From contig CBDFLE010000006.1 in assembly GCA_965248925.1 (NCBI GenBank), positions 2,842,319 to 2,906,318 of the forward strand: a DNA stretch of 64,000 bases. The letters run 5' to 3'. Shown here in pieces: positions 27,787 to 36,940 of this stretch; the first letter of the stretch is position 1, and each line of letters begins with the position of its first letter. Source of the stretch: Candidatus Multivoradales bacterium. Its GTDB lineage: Bacteria > Acidobacteriota > Thermoanaerobaculia > Multivoradales > J023. The position numbers and the translations under genes were made by a program. The notes beneath the pieces are model-generated. The model saw only the letters and a list, made by a program, of their open reading frames with translations. It was not told where the DNA came from and made no database searches.

Positions 27787-28941
27787 ATGCGTAAGTCATC
27801 CTTGATTTGGGTTCTTCTCTGGTTGTTGGCCTTGCCTGCCTGGGCAGGTTGGGACGAGGGTGTAGCAGCCTTCAAGGCGGGAGATTTCAAAGCTGCAGAA
27901 CAGCAATTTCGGGGCGTTGTCAAGCAGAGTCCCGATGGCTATCAAAGCCACTACATGCTCGGTCTCAGCTTGCAGCGGATCAATCGCAAGGAAGAGGCCT
28001 TGGCCAGCTTGCGTAAAGCCTACGACCTGAATCCCAACGATCTACCGGTGAAGATGGCGCTTGGCCAGTCCTACCGTGCGATGCGCCGGTTTGGCGACGC
28101 TGCCCAGCTGTTGGCGAAGATTGATGCCTCGACAGTGCCCAGCAATCAGCGCCAACAGTTCTACCAGATGCGGGCCGAGGCATACTTCCGCAGCAACAAC
28201 ATGCCGAGAGCTCTCGCGGACTTCAAGCAACGAGCCGCCCTACTGCCCAACGATGCCCAGGCGCAGTACACCTATGGCTCGACGGCCCTCAGTCAAGGGC
28301 AATCGTCGGCGGGCCTGGCGGCACTCAAGAAAGCTAACTCGCTGGCGCCCTCTGACAGCAAGATCGCCAAGATCTACGTCAAAGGGCTGATCAAGCAGGG
28401 GCAGGTACCCGGAGATAAGGCATCCAAGAAGCGCTTCTATATGCAGGCTGCCAGTATTGCCAAGAAGTTGGCAGCTGCCAGCCCGACCTACGACCACCTG
28501 ATGCTCCAACTCTCAGCCGAACTCGGAGCAGGCCTCTATGGCCGAGCAGCTGAGACGGGCAAGGTGGCGATCTCTAAGAATGGTGCAGACTGGCTACCGC
28601 ACTACTACGTCGGCCAAGCCTTCACTTCCATCGGTCAGTTTAGCGAAGCGCTGACGCCGCTGCAGACCGCGCTGGCCAAAGTAGGATCGACCAAAGACAA
28701 GAATAGAGTCTACCTCCAACTGGGCTACATGTTCTCGAAGCAGAAAGACTATGCCAAGTCAATCGAGGCATACAATCGCGGCGGTCATGGTGAGAGGGCT
28801 GCTAAAGTTCTGGAGATTCAGGAGACAGATAAATACAACTCCAAGGTGGAGGAAGAGAACAAAGTCATCCAGGAGATGAAGGCTGAAGCGGCTCGCTTGG
28901 AAGCGGAGATGGCAGCCTTAGAGGGTGGCGGCGGCCGTTGA
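27787..28941 (+). CDS. Secreted TPR-repeat protein with a C-terminal coiled coil
   Basis: Signal peptide reads MRKSSLIWVLLWLLALPAWA. Multiple TPR-like units follow (AEQQFRGVVKQSPDGYQSHYMLGLSLQRINRKEEALASLRKAYDLNPND...). The C-terminus is a coiled coil (EEENKVIQEMKAEAARLEAEMAALEGG). Confidence 0.6.
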   Translation: MRKSSLIWVLLWLLALPAWAGWDEGVAAFKAGDFKAAEQQFRGVVKQSPDGYQSHYMLGLSLQRINRKEEALASLRKAYDLNPNDLPVKMALGQSYRAMRRFGDAAQLLAKIDASTVPSNQRQQFYQMRAEAYFRSNNMPRALADFKQRAALLPNDAQAQYTYGSTALSQGQSSAGLAALKKANSLAPSDSKIAKIYVKGLIKQGQVPGDKASKKRFYMQAASIAKKLAAASPTYDHLMLQLSAELGAGLYGRAAETGKVAISKNGADWLPHYYVGQAFTSIGQFSEALTPLQTALAKVGSTKDKNRVYLQLGYMFSKQKDYAKSIEAYNRGGHGERAAKVLEIQETDKYNSKVEEENKVIQEMKAEAARLEAEMAALEGGGGR

Positions 28942-28970
28942 TCGCTAAGGCCTTGTCGGATCGGCACGAG

Positions 28971-28995
28971 CAGGGGGTTAGGCCCCCTGTTCTCA
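28971..28995 (+). terminator. Candidate rho-independent terminator after the TPR gene
   Basis: A hairpin CAGGGGG-TTAGG-CCCCCTG (7-bp GC stem, 5-nt loop) is followed by TTCTCAT, about 30 nt after the stop codon at 28939-28941. Confidence 0.45.
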
Positions 28996-29030
28996 TATGT
29001 GGCTGGAACATGACGCGGTAGTATAGGAGC

Positions 29031-30281
29031 ATGCACCATCCACTGGCTCGGCCACTCTTGCGCAGGCTTCTGCTGCTAGCCCTGCTGGCCGGTTTGCATT
29101 CTTGCCAGACTTCAGCGGCGCCCGCTGTAGACTTGGCAGAGCCCGCTGAGGCGGCAGCTCAGGTGGCTGAGGAGCGCGCCGAAACGGCCGCCGGCCCGAA
29201 CACTGAGCCGGAAAGGCGTGACCAGCTTCTACCACAACTCGACATCTACGTGCCCGAAGGCCGGCTCGATCTTCGTCTCGGTCGCCTGGTGAAGAACTCA
29301 CTCTTCGAGGGGCAAATCAAGTACGACTTCGTTGGTGGCGATATCTCGGCATTTCTACGCTATCGCTACTATGGCTATCGCGCGATCTATCAATTGGGGT
29401 TGTTCGATTCAGTGGAATTCTCGGATCTTGGCGAGTTGGACAACGATTTTGAGCGAGTGCGGGGCATCCTCTTCCTGACCGAGTTTCCACACAGTTATCA
29501 CTATCGGACCTTCTGTCTAGTAGAAGTCGACCGCTTGCAGAGCAGCAAGGAGGAACTGCGATTCTCCAACGAGCGCACAAACACCTTCGTCCGCCTCGGC
29601 TTCCAGCGCGGCACACCCGACGACGAGCGCTCCAACTCGATCGCTGGCGAAACGCGTGCACGGGCTGAGAACCTGCTCACCGCTCACCGCAAGATTGGCC
29701 CTTCACAAGCTGGCTTTACCGCCGCTTTAACCTACTCTTTCGACTTCATCGGCGCTGATTTCGACTACCTTAGATTCGAGTTCGAAGCCCTCAAGCGATT
29801 CGATCTCAGCCCCAGGGTGTTCGCCATAGCGAGAGCCCACGGCGGCTCGTTCCTGACCAAGAAACAGGTCCGAGAAGGCACCGACATCCCCTTGCCTGAC
29901 CGATTCTCGATTCCCCGCAGCGAGCTCTTTCGCCTCGACGGCCGGGAAAACCTGAAAGGGGTTGAACAGAAGATCTTCGGCACCGAGGAGTTTCACACCA
30001 CCTTAGAGCTCTTCGTGCCGTGGTTCATTGACCGCTCCCGGAGCTTCTTGGGCCTCGATTGGCAAAACTTCTATTGGGTGCTCTATGGTGGCGCTGGTAT
30101 TGCGGGATTTGACAGCGAAGTGTTCAGCGACTTCGACAACTACATCCCAGATGCGGGGCTTGGGTTCGAAGCCTCGTTCAAGCTCCGCGATTACACCTTC
30201 TTTCTCGGTGCCATCGTTGCTGAGGCGCTGCGTGGAGCGGGCGGTGTGGAAACTCACCTGGTGTTGAAGTCCTATCACTGA
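29031..30281 (+). CDS. Hypothetical secreted or outer-membrane protein (possible beta-barrel)
   Basis: Signal peptide reads LLRRLLLLALLAGLHSCQTSAA. The sequence shows alternating hydrophobic/aromatic beta-strand-like segments rich in Y/F/R/D/G (GGDISAFLRYRYYGYRAIYQLGLFDS...FKLRDYTFFLGAIVAEAL). No recognised family. GGAG immediately abuts the ATG. Confidence 0.45.
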   Translation: MHHPLARPLLRRLLLLALLAGLHSCQTSAAPAVDLAEPAEAAAQVAEERAETAAGPNTEPERRDQLLPQLDIYVPEGRLDLRLGRLVKNSLFEGQIKYDFVGGDISAFLRYRYYGYRAIYQLGLFDSVEFSDLGELDNDFERVRGILFLTEFPHSYHYRTFCLVEVDRLQSSKEELRFSNERTNTFVRLGFQRGTPDDERSNSIAGETRARAENLLTAHRKIGPSQAGFTAALTYSFDFIGADFDYLRFEFEALKRFDLSPRVFAIARAHGGSFLTKKQVREGTDIPLPDRFSIPRSELFRLDGRENLKGVEQKIFGTEEFHTTLELFVPWFIDRSRSFLGLDWQNFYWVLYGGAGIAGFDSEVFSDFDNYIPDAGLGFEASFKLRDYTFFLGAIVAEALRGAGGVETHLVLKSYH

Positions 30282-30318
30282 GAATTTCTCAGCCCCCCGG
30301 CAGACCGGGCCGGTGCAA

Positions 30319-31242
30319 CTAATCCGCGTCAGCCTTGTCATCGACGCTACCGAGATCCTCGCGGTGCAGGGATGCCACCGCGCCCACCAAGCCGGCCAAG
30401 CCGCCGAGGCCGATCAAGGCCATCGATTGTAGTGGGCGGAGGAACTCAGTGGCCATGACCGAAGCCATCGCTCGGCCCTCTGTTTGGCCAAGAAGCGCCA
30501 GGTGACCGCTCCACAAGGCGATCAGCGCCAGCACCGCGCCGGCCAGCCCCTGCAGCAGGCCTTCAGCATAGAAGGGGCCACGAATGAAAAACTCGGTGGC
30601 GCCTACCAACCGCATGACCGCGATCTCCTCCCGATACAGATAAACCGTCAAGCGAATGACGCTGGCAATAGTGAAAACGGCCGTGCCGAGCAGAATTCCG
30701 CCCAGCAACAAGCCCAGTCCCCGCAACACCAGAATGACGGCTTGCAGCTGCGCCAACCAATCGCGATCATCGTCTACCATCGACACTGCAGGGTCCGCTC
30801 GCAGGTCGCCCAGCCAGGCAGCTAGGGCGGCCGGTTCGACCTCTGCCCAGTGCAGCCGAGCCTCGAACGATGGCGGCAGCGGCTCATCGCTCCAGCCATC
30901 CAGCAGATCCGCCATACTGGGGAAGGTCTGACGAAAGCGCTCTCCCGCCTCCTCGGCGCTGACTGCTCTGAGTTCAACCACCCACGGAGGCTGGCTCGCC
31001 TGCGCGTGGACGCGATCGAAAGCGTCCAAGTCAGTATCTGGCTGTAGATAGACCACGATCCGGCTCTTCCCCTGCCAGTGGTCGATCTGCCGCTGTAGGT
31101 TGGTGCTGATAAGAAGAAAAACGCCCGCCAGAAAGATGCTGACCGTGATCGTCAGCAGCGCCAGCAGGCTGATTCTCCAGCCTCGGACCAAGCTGAGCAG
31201 GGCCTCGCGAGCGAAGTAGGCAAGGGCCTGAGAAAAACTCAA
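30319..31242 (-). CDS. ftsX: Cell division ABC transporter permease FtsX
   Basis: N-terminus reads AYFAREALLSLVRGWRISLLALLTITVSIFLAGVF, with a large periplasmic loop and C-terminal TMs. The start codon overlaps the ftsE stop (ATGA). Confidence 0.85.
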   Translation of the reverse strand: MSFSQALAYFAREALLSLVRGWRISLLALLTITVSIFLAGVFLLISTNLQRQIDHWQGKSRIVVYLQPDTDLDAFDRVHAQASQPPWVVELRAVSAEEAGERFRQTFPSMADLLDGWSDEPLPPSFEARLHWAEVEPAALAAWLGDLRADPAVSMVDDDRDWLAQLQAVILVLRGLGLLLGGILLGTAVFTIASVIRLTVYLYREEIAVMRLVGATEFFIRGPFYAEGLLQGLAGAVLALIALWSGHLALLGQTEGRAMASVMATEFLRPLQSMALIGLGGLAGLVGAVASLHREDLGSVDDKADAD

Positions 31243-32003
31243 GAATCGGCCCCTGCGTCGACCGCCTCCGTTTCAGAGTCGGCCTGTGAGCGCTCGCCGC
31301 CTGCGGTGGAGGCGTGAAGAGAAAGTCCAGGCCTTGCTCGTTCCGCGTCGTCGGCCGCCAACCTACCTCGGTGAAGGGTCAGTACTCGCTTGCCCAGACG
31401 CTCAATTATGCTGCGGTCATGGGTTGCTAGCACCACCGTACTCCCCTGGCTTTGAATCTCCAGTAGCAGCTTGAGGATCTCGATCGACAACTGTGGGTCG
31501 AGGTTGCCTGTAGGCTCGTCGGCAAGCAGGATGTCAGGGCTGTTGATCAGCGCGCGCGCAATCGCCACTCGCTGTTGCTCACCTCCCGACAGCTGCCGCG
31601 GATAGGCGCTCATGCGATGGGCGAGCCCTACCCGGCGCAGGGTCTGGTAAGCCAACTGCTTCTGCTTGCGCGAGTTCAGCCCAAGCACTTTTGGCAAATA
31701 GCCAACATTCTCGAAAACCGTTTTTCGCGGAATCAAGCGAAAGTCCTGGAAGATCACGCCAATGGTGCGGCGCAGGTAGGGGATCTTGCGCCTTGGGAGC
31801 GAGGATACGTTGCGGCCGTTGACGAGGATGTGCCCCGAGCTTGGTACCTCTTCTCGATAGATCAACTTGAGAAAAGTCGACTTGCCCGCACCACTCGGAC
31901 CGGTCAAGAAGACCAACTGTCCACGCGGAATCTTCAGGGTGACATCGGCGAGACCAACTTGCCCTCCGGGGTAGCGCTTAGAAATGTTGAAGAACTCGAT
32001 CAA
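31239..32003 (-). CDS. ftsE: Cell division ATP-binding protein FtsE
   Basis: [14 protein letters not shown] is the typical FtsE N-terminus. ABC motifs are present: Walker [10 protein letters not shown], signature [14 protein letters not shown], Walker [13 protein letters not shown]. The proposed TTG start at 32003 is preferred over the tracked GTG at 32042, which would add 13 aa and overlap gatB. Confidence 0.8.
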   Translation of the reverse strand: MIEFFNISKRYPGGQVGLADVTLKIPRGQLVFLTGPSGAGKSTFLKLIYREEVPSSGHILVNGRNVSSLPRRKIPYLRRTIGVIFQDFRLIPRKTVFENVGYLPKVLGLNSRKQKQLAYQTLRRVGLAHRMSAYPRQLSGGEQQRVAIARALINSPDILLADEPTGNLDPQLSIEILKLLLEIQSQGSTVVLATHDRSIIERLGKRVLTLHRGRLAADDAERARPGLSLHASTAGGERSQADSETEAVDAGADS

Positions 32004-32031
32004 GACTGCCTGCAACTTTCCCCAGACAGCC

Positions 32032-33492
32032 TTAGTCGCCACTCTGAGCGAGTAGCTCGCGCACCAACTGCTGTACCGTCTGTGGCTCGGCGCGGCCGCG
32101 AGAAAGCCTCATCACTTGGCCCACAAAGAAGCTCTGCAACTTCTCTTTGCCGGCGCGAAAATCCGTTGCTTGCTGGGGATTGTCAGAGATCGCTTGCTCC
32201 ACCCAAGAGCGCAACTGTGGCACATCGCTGACCTGCAGCAGCCCCAGCCGCTGCGCGGCTGCTAGCGGTTCTTCGCCACTACCCCACAATGCCGCCAACA
32301 CCTGCTTGCCGGCGCTCGAAGAGAGCTTGCCGTCCCCTACCAACTCCACCAGCGCGACCAGGCGGGGAGTGTCGATCGCTTGCTCGACGCCGATTCTGCG
32401 GTCCTTGAGCTCACGCAAGATCTCGGTCTTGATCCAGTTGGCGATACTTCCGGAACGCTCAGGAAGCAACCCCGCCGCACGTTCGAAATAGTCGCCCAAG
32501 GGCCGACTGCTGCTCAGCAGCCGAGCATCTTCGGCACTGAGGCCAAACCCTTCGCGATAGCGCTGCCGCCGAACCCACGGTAGCTCTGGCAGCGCACTCC
32601 TCATGGCCTCGATCTGGGCTTGATCAAGCCGCAGCGGTGGTAGATCAGGCTCGGGGAAGTAGCGATAGTCGTGGGCCTCTTCCTTGCTGCGCATCGGAAA
32701 GGTCAGATTGCGCACCGAATCGTAGGTCCGAGTCTCCTGAATCACCCTGCCGCCACTCTCCAACAGCTCGACCTGGCGCTCGATCTCGTACTCGATTGCT
32801 TTGGCGACGAAGCGGAAGGAGTTCAGATTCTTCACCTCTGAGCGGGTACCCAGGGTCTCGTCGCCGAGTCGCCGCACGGAGATATTGGCATCACACCGCA
32901 AGCTGCCCTCTTCCATGTTGCCGTCGCTGGTCTCGGTGTAGAACAACACCTGGCGCAGAGTTTGAAGATAGTCCTGAGCCTCACCGGCACTACGCAAGTC
33001 GGGCTCGGACACGATCTCGGCCAATGGCACTCCACAGCGGTTGAAGTCCACCAGGCTGGTGCCCGGCAGCGCCCCTCCCCCTGGAGCCTCGTGCAGCAGC
33101 TTGCCAGCATCCTCCTCCAGATGCAGGCGGGTGATCCGCACCGTCTTGTCGTGCTCGCTCAGCGGCAGCAGGCCATGCTCGGCCAAAGGGCGATCAAACT
33201 GACTGATCTGGTAGCCCTTGGGCAGGTCGGGGTAGAAGTAGTTCTTGCGCGCGAAAACAGAGGTCAGGTGCACCTGGGTGCCCAACGCCAGGGCGAGCCT
33301 AATGCCGAGACTTACGGCTTCACCATTCAGTACCGGCAGCGTTCCGGGGTAGCCCAGGCAGATCGGGCACACCAAGGTGTTTGCCGCCGCACCGAATCGG
33401 TTTGGGCAGCGGCAGAAGATCTTGGTCCTGGTGCCCAGCTGAACGTGGACTTCAAGGCCAATGACCGCCTGCCAATCATCTTGACGCTCCAT
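32032..33492 (-). CDS. gatB: Aspartyl/glutamyl-tRNA(Asn/Gln) amidotransferase subunit B
   Basis: GatB signature N-terminus reads WQAVIGLEVHVQLGTRTKIFCRC...CPICLGYPGTLP. Family blocks DANISVR and NLNSFRFV are present. The C-terminal GatB/YqeY domain follows. 486 aa. Confidence 0.9.
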   Translation of the reverse strand: MERQDDWQAVIGLEVHVQLGTRTKIFCRCPNRFGAAANTLVCPICLGYPGTLPVLNGEAVSLGIRLALALGTQVHLTSVFARKNYFYPDLPKGYQISQFDRPLAEHGLLPLSEHDKTVRITRLHLEEDAGKLLHEAPGGGALPGTSLVDFNRCGVPLAEIVSEPDLRSAGEAQDYLQTLRQVLFYTETSDGNMEEGSLRCDANISVRRLGDETLGTRSEVKNLNSFRFVAKAIEYEIERQVELLESGGRVIQETRTYDSVRNLTFPMRSKEEAHDYRYFPEPDLPPLRLDQAQIEAMRSALPELPWVRRQRYREGFGLSAEDARLLSSSRPLGDYFERAAGLLPERSGSIANWIKTEILRELKDRRIGVEQAIDTPRLVALVELVGDGKLSSSAGKQVLAALWGSGEEPLAAAQRLGLLQVSDVPQLRSWVEQAISDNPQQATDFRAGKEKLQSFFVGQVMRLSRGRAEPQTVQQLVRELLAQSGD

Positions 33493-33547
33493 GATGGACC
33501 CAGTTTAACGTGAATAAGACCGCTTAACCGCCGATCCTTGGGGCAGC

Positions 33548-34663
33548 TCAGAGGCTGAGGTTGCTGCGGCGAAAACCGCGAGGGTCACGATTCGCCGCGC
33601 GCAGCTGGCCACAGGCGGCGCTGACATCGTCGCCGCGCTGCTTGCGCACCGTCGCCAACATCCCCCGCCGTCGCAGGCGATCGCGAAAAGCGGTGATGCG
33701 CGGGCCGGCTGGGCGCTTCATCCAGTCCTCAAGCACCGGATCCGGGTTGAGCGGAATCAGATTGACCTTGGCCCTCAGGCCCGCCAACAATCTGACCAAC
33801 AAATCCGCATCGGCAAGGCTGTCGTTGAACTCCTCGATCAAGATGTACTCAAAAGTGATCCGCTGCTTGGTGGCCAACGGGTAGCGGGCCAGCGCCGGCA
33901 GCAGCCTCGCCAGCGGATACTTACGGTTGATCGGCATCAGCCGGTCGCGTCGCTGCTCGTCGGGAGCGTGCAAAGAAATCGCTAGTTGGGGACGCTTGGG
34001 CCAGCGGGCCATGGCTTCAATGCCGGGGATGACGCCAGCGGTCGAGACAGTGATGCGGCGCCAGGAGATCTGCTCCATCAAGATCTCCATGGCGGTGCCG
34101 AGATGCTCAATATTCAGCAGCGGCTCGCCCATGCCCATGAAAACCAGATTGACCCCCCCACCTTCGGTACCCAGGCCGTCGAGAGCTAGCACTTGAGAGA
34201 TGATCTCCCCGGCGCTGAGGTTGCGACCGGAGCCCCAGAAGCCGGTGACGCAGAAGCGACAGGCCAAGGCACAGCCAGCTTGGCTCGACAGGCAGAGGGT
34301 GCGCCGTTCGCCATCAGGTATATCGACGGTCTCGATGGTGGCGCCGTCGTCGAGTTTGAACAGGTGCTTGGCCGTGCCGTCCTGCGATCGGTGCACCTCA
34401 GTAGCCGTCGGTCGGTCGATTCTGAAGCTCTTGCTGAGCCGCTGCCGTAGCTCCTTGCTGAGGTCGGTCATTTGGCCAAAGCCAGTGACCTGGCGGTGAT
34501 AGAGGGCGCGGTAGATCTGCTCACAGCGAAAGGGCTGGTCGACGTGGTCAGACAGGGTCTCGGTCAGCTCGCGGCGGCAGAGACCGAGGAGCTGAACACG
34601 GATGCCCGCCACACCGGTCGCTGCGGTACCGGCTGGGGTTGGCTGAATAGTGGGAAGAGGCAT
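33548..34663 (-). CDS. rlmN: 23S rRNA (adenine2503-C2)/tRNA methyltransferase RlmN (radical SAM)
   Basis: Radical-SAM CxxxCxxC cluster motif reads CALACRFC, with an upstream Cys in LCLSSQAGC. Family blocks FMGMGEPLLN and the N-terminal FRCEQIYRALY motif are present. Confidence 0.85.
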   Translation of the reverse strand: MPLPTIQPTPAGTAATGVAGIRVQLLGLCRRELTETLSDHVDQPFRCEQIYRALYHRQVTGFGQMTDLSKELRQRLSKSFRIDRPTATEVHRSQDGTAKHLFKLDDGATIETVDIPDGERRTLCLSSQAGCALACRFCVTGFWGSGRNLSAGEIISQVLALDGLGTEGGGVNLVFMGMGEPLLNIEHLGTAMEILMEQISWRRITVSTAGVIPGIEAMARWPKRPQLAISLHAPDEQRRDRLMPINRKYPLARLLPALARYPLATKQRITFEYILIEEFNDSLADADLLVRLLAGLRAKVNLIPLNPDPVLEDWMKRPAGPRITAFRDRLRRRGMLATVRKQRGDDVSAACGQLRAANRDPRGFRRSNLSL

Positions 34664-34762
34664 GTCTCGCTGTGTGGAGTAGGACTTGCGGAAGCAGGCC
34701 GGCTGTTTCTCAAGCTACTGTGAGAAGCTCTCAGTCAGGAACTCGCAATCAGGAACTCGCAG

Positions 34763-35068
34763 TCAGGAGCTGCGTTGACGCTTGCCGCGGCGGGTCGGAT
34801 CGATACCGACCGATCTGAGGAAAGTGACATCCTCGCCGCCAAGGACGAAAACCGGTTCTTGGACCACAGGCCTGCTCCGCGTCTTGAGTTCGATCTGGGC
34901 CCCCTTCTCACCCGCTTGCTTGGGATCGAGCACTAAGAAGATCGAAAAATCCAGCTCCCGAATACGCCGCACCGCCTTGCTGACTTCGGCCGAAGAGGCC
35001 ACCGCATCAACCAGAGCTCGGCTGAGTTCCTGCAACATACGGCGGGCTTGGTTGTCTGCGGGTTTCAT
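34763..35068 (-). CDS. Hypothetical protein (101 aa)
   Basis: ATG ORF lying 100 nt upstream of rlmN on the same strand. No recognised motif. Basic C-terminal tail. Confidence 0.35.
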   Translation of the reverse strand: MKPADNQARRMLQELSRALVDAVASSAEVSKAVRRIRELDFSIFLVLDPKQAGEKGAQIELKTRSRPVVQEPVFVLGGEDVTFLRSVGIDPTRRGKRQRSS

Positions 35069-35312
35069 GGTTTTGTGAACTGCTCGTACAAGTACATGGC
35101 GTCAACACTTACCGTAAGTGAACCCACCCAAATCGAGCGGAATTCGGCGACCGAAACTCAGTCGCTATTATCCCGCTTGCCTGATGAGGGTGTCAAACAG
35201 ACCTATTTGCTGCCGTTTTGGCGTCACGGGAAGGTGAGTTGTCGGCTGCAGGGACTGCTCGCTCTTCTGCTAAGCTGTCAACAGAGGCATTGGTAGACAG
35301 GAGGAAAATGCA

Positions 35313-35492
35313 ATGGGTCTCGGATTAGGTGTCCCAGAACTAGTGGTAATTCTGTTGATCGTAGTTGTTCTTTTCGGCGCCACTCGCTTACCGCAGCTCG
35401 GTCGTGGTTTGGGCGAAGGCATTCGCAACTTCAAGGGTGGATTGAAGGACGACGGTCAGACAGCTGTCGAATCGGGCAAGAAAAACAGCTAG
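35313..35492 (+). CDS. tatA: Twin-arginine translocase subunit TatA/E (59 aa; absent from the ORF track because it is under 60 aa)
   Basis: Translation gives [59 protein letters not shown], a classic TatA. It has a TM helix, the hinge FGATRLP, and an amphipathic helix ([13 protein letters not shown]). GGAGG at 35300-35304 lies 8 nt before the ATG. TAG stop at 35490-35492. Confidence 0.8.
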   Translation: MGLGLGVPELVVILLIVVVLFGATRLPQLGRGLGEGIRNFKGGLKDDGQTAVESGKKNS

Positions 35493-35539
35493 TAGAGAGG
35501 GAGGCGGCGAAGTCGACCTATGACCCCACCGCTTTATGC

Positions 35540-36301
35540 TCAGCCCCTGAATTCGCGAACCAGGGCAGAGGCTTGCTCGGCGCTGGCCAGCATCTCCCTT
35601 TCCTCGCTCGCCTGCCACAGCCCTCGGTGGTGGCCGATGTAGATCCCCAACACTCGGTCGACAAACTGACGTGTTTCGCGGAAGGGCGGCAAGCCGCCGA
35701 ACTTGCGTACGTTGCCGGGACCAGCGTTGTAGGCCGCCAGGGTCAGCTCCAAATCTCCCTCGTATTGGCGTAGCAGCTGGCTCAAGTAGCGTACGCCGTG
35801 GGTCAGGTTGAACCGCGGGTCGGTCAGCTGATCGCGGCCTTCCTCGGCGATATTCCCTGGCATCAACTGCATCAGACCGGTCGCACCCTTGCCCGACACG
35901 GCGGTCGGATTGAAGCCTGATTCCACCTCGACAATCGCGGCGATCAGCAGGGCGTCTATGTCGTAGCGCTCGGCTACCAGGCGGATCTCGTGGCCGAAAG
36001 GCAGACCGCTTAAGGGGCTGCTAGAGCGGTCGCTGTGGCGCAAGCGGAAGACATCGAAGCTGGTAGAACGAGCGCGGATGATCTCGCCCAGCGAGCCAGT
36101 TGCGAGAACGTCCTCGCCCTCATTTTCGTAGCCCACCCATTGGGCCAGCTCCTCTAGCAGGGCGATCTCCTCCGCTGCCGGCGGGTTGGCGGCTGGCCGC
36201 CTATCGGCATCGTCGTGAGGTGGAGTGCTGACGCTCAGCGCTAGCAACAGGGTCAATATCAACAGAATGCCCTTCATTGGTGGGGCTTTCGTATAGGTCA
36301 T
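35540..36301 (-). CDS. Lytic transglycosylase (SLT domain) protein
   Basis: SLT catalytic block reads AIVEVESGFNPTAVSGKGATGLMQLMP, with the downstream AYNAGPGNV motif. An N-terminal signal peptide is present. Confidence 0.8.
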   Translation of the reverse strand: MTYTKAPPMKGILLILTLLLALSVSTPPHDDADRRPAANPPAAEEIALLEELAQWVGYENEGEDVLATGSLGEIIRARSTSFDVFRLRHSDRSSSPLSGLPFGHEIRLVAERYDIDALLIAAIVEVESGFNPTAVSGKGATGLMQLMPGNIAEEGRDQLTDPRFNLTHGVRYLSQLLRQYEGDLELTLAAYNAGPGNVRKFGGLPPFRETRQFVDRVLGIYIGHHRGLWQASEEREMLASAEQASALVREFRG

Positions 36302-36570
36302 GGTTTGTAACTCTCAAGGCGCGGCCCAGGCACACGGCATCTTTCTAGTGAGTGACGAGGGGGTGAACAGCCGCTGAAGGTGATGGGCCGGCCGGGTTTG
36401 TCGGGAACCCCGAATGCCTGAACGGCGGGGTTCATTTCAACGATTCAGCGCTAACGCTGCATCCAAGGAACTACCTTCTAACAAGGTGGCACTACCCCAG
36501 GGCAAACCTGCAAGCGCGGTGCCAAGTGGCCGGGGTGGGCTTCTTGGTAACCGGGCGGGGCAAAGGGGCC

Positions 36571-36852
36571 TCAGGGCTTGCCGAAGGTGCGACGACTACG
36601 GCGGCCGAGCTTTAGCCGGAATTCCTCGACCGCGATTCCCAGATTGCTGACCTTGTTGCGCAAGGTGTTGCGATGTACGCCGAGTGAACGAGCTGACCGG
36701 CAGAGATTGCCATCGTTGGAGCGAATCGAAGCTACGATGAACTGCTTTTCGAACTCTTTGCGAGCCTGCTCCAGGGTCACGCCCTGGTTGACCAGCTCGT
36801 CAACTATCTGGGTCAGTTGCCCATTGAGGTTTCTATGTCGCATCTTGGCCAA
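36571..36852 (-). CDS. Fis-family DNA-binding protein
   Basis: C-terminal Fis-type HTH reads GNLCRSARSLGVHRNTLRNKV. About 90 aa, similar in size to Fis. The start could be M1 or M4. Confidence 0.6.
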   Translation of the reverse strand: MAKMRHRNLNGQLTQIVDELVNQGVTLEQARKEFEKQFIVASIRSNDGNLCRSARSLGVHRNTLRNKVSNLGIAVEEFRLKLGRRSRRTFGKP

Positions 36853-36940
36853 ATCTCCCGCTGCTGATCGCTCCCCTCAGCCGTGCAGGCTAACACAGAC
36901 AACCGCCGGTCCAGCAAGGCCGGTGGCCAAAAAACTGCAC

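Noticed and set aside
31239-32042. The GTG start at 32042 for ftsE, which would overlap gatB by 11 nt.
   Set aside because: The TTG at 32003 yields the canonical FtsE N-terminus ([11 protein letters not shown]) and avoids the overlap. The tracked start was retained only as an alternative.
35069-35312. A possible tRNA or structured ncRNA in the 240-nt region upstream of tatA.
   Set aside because: No cloverleaf-compatible arms or conserved T-loop (GTTCRANYC) were found by eye. The region is more likely a promoter or leader.
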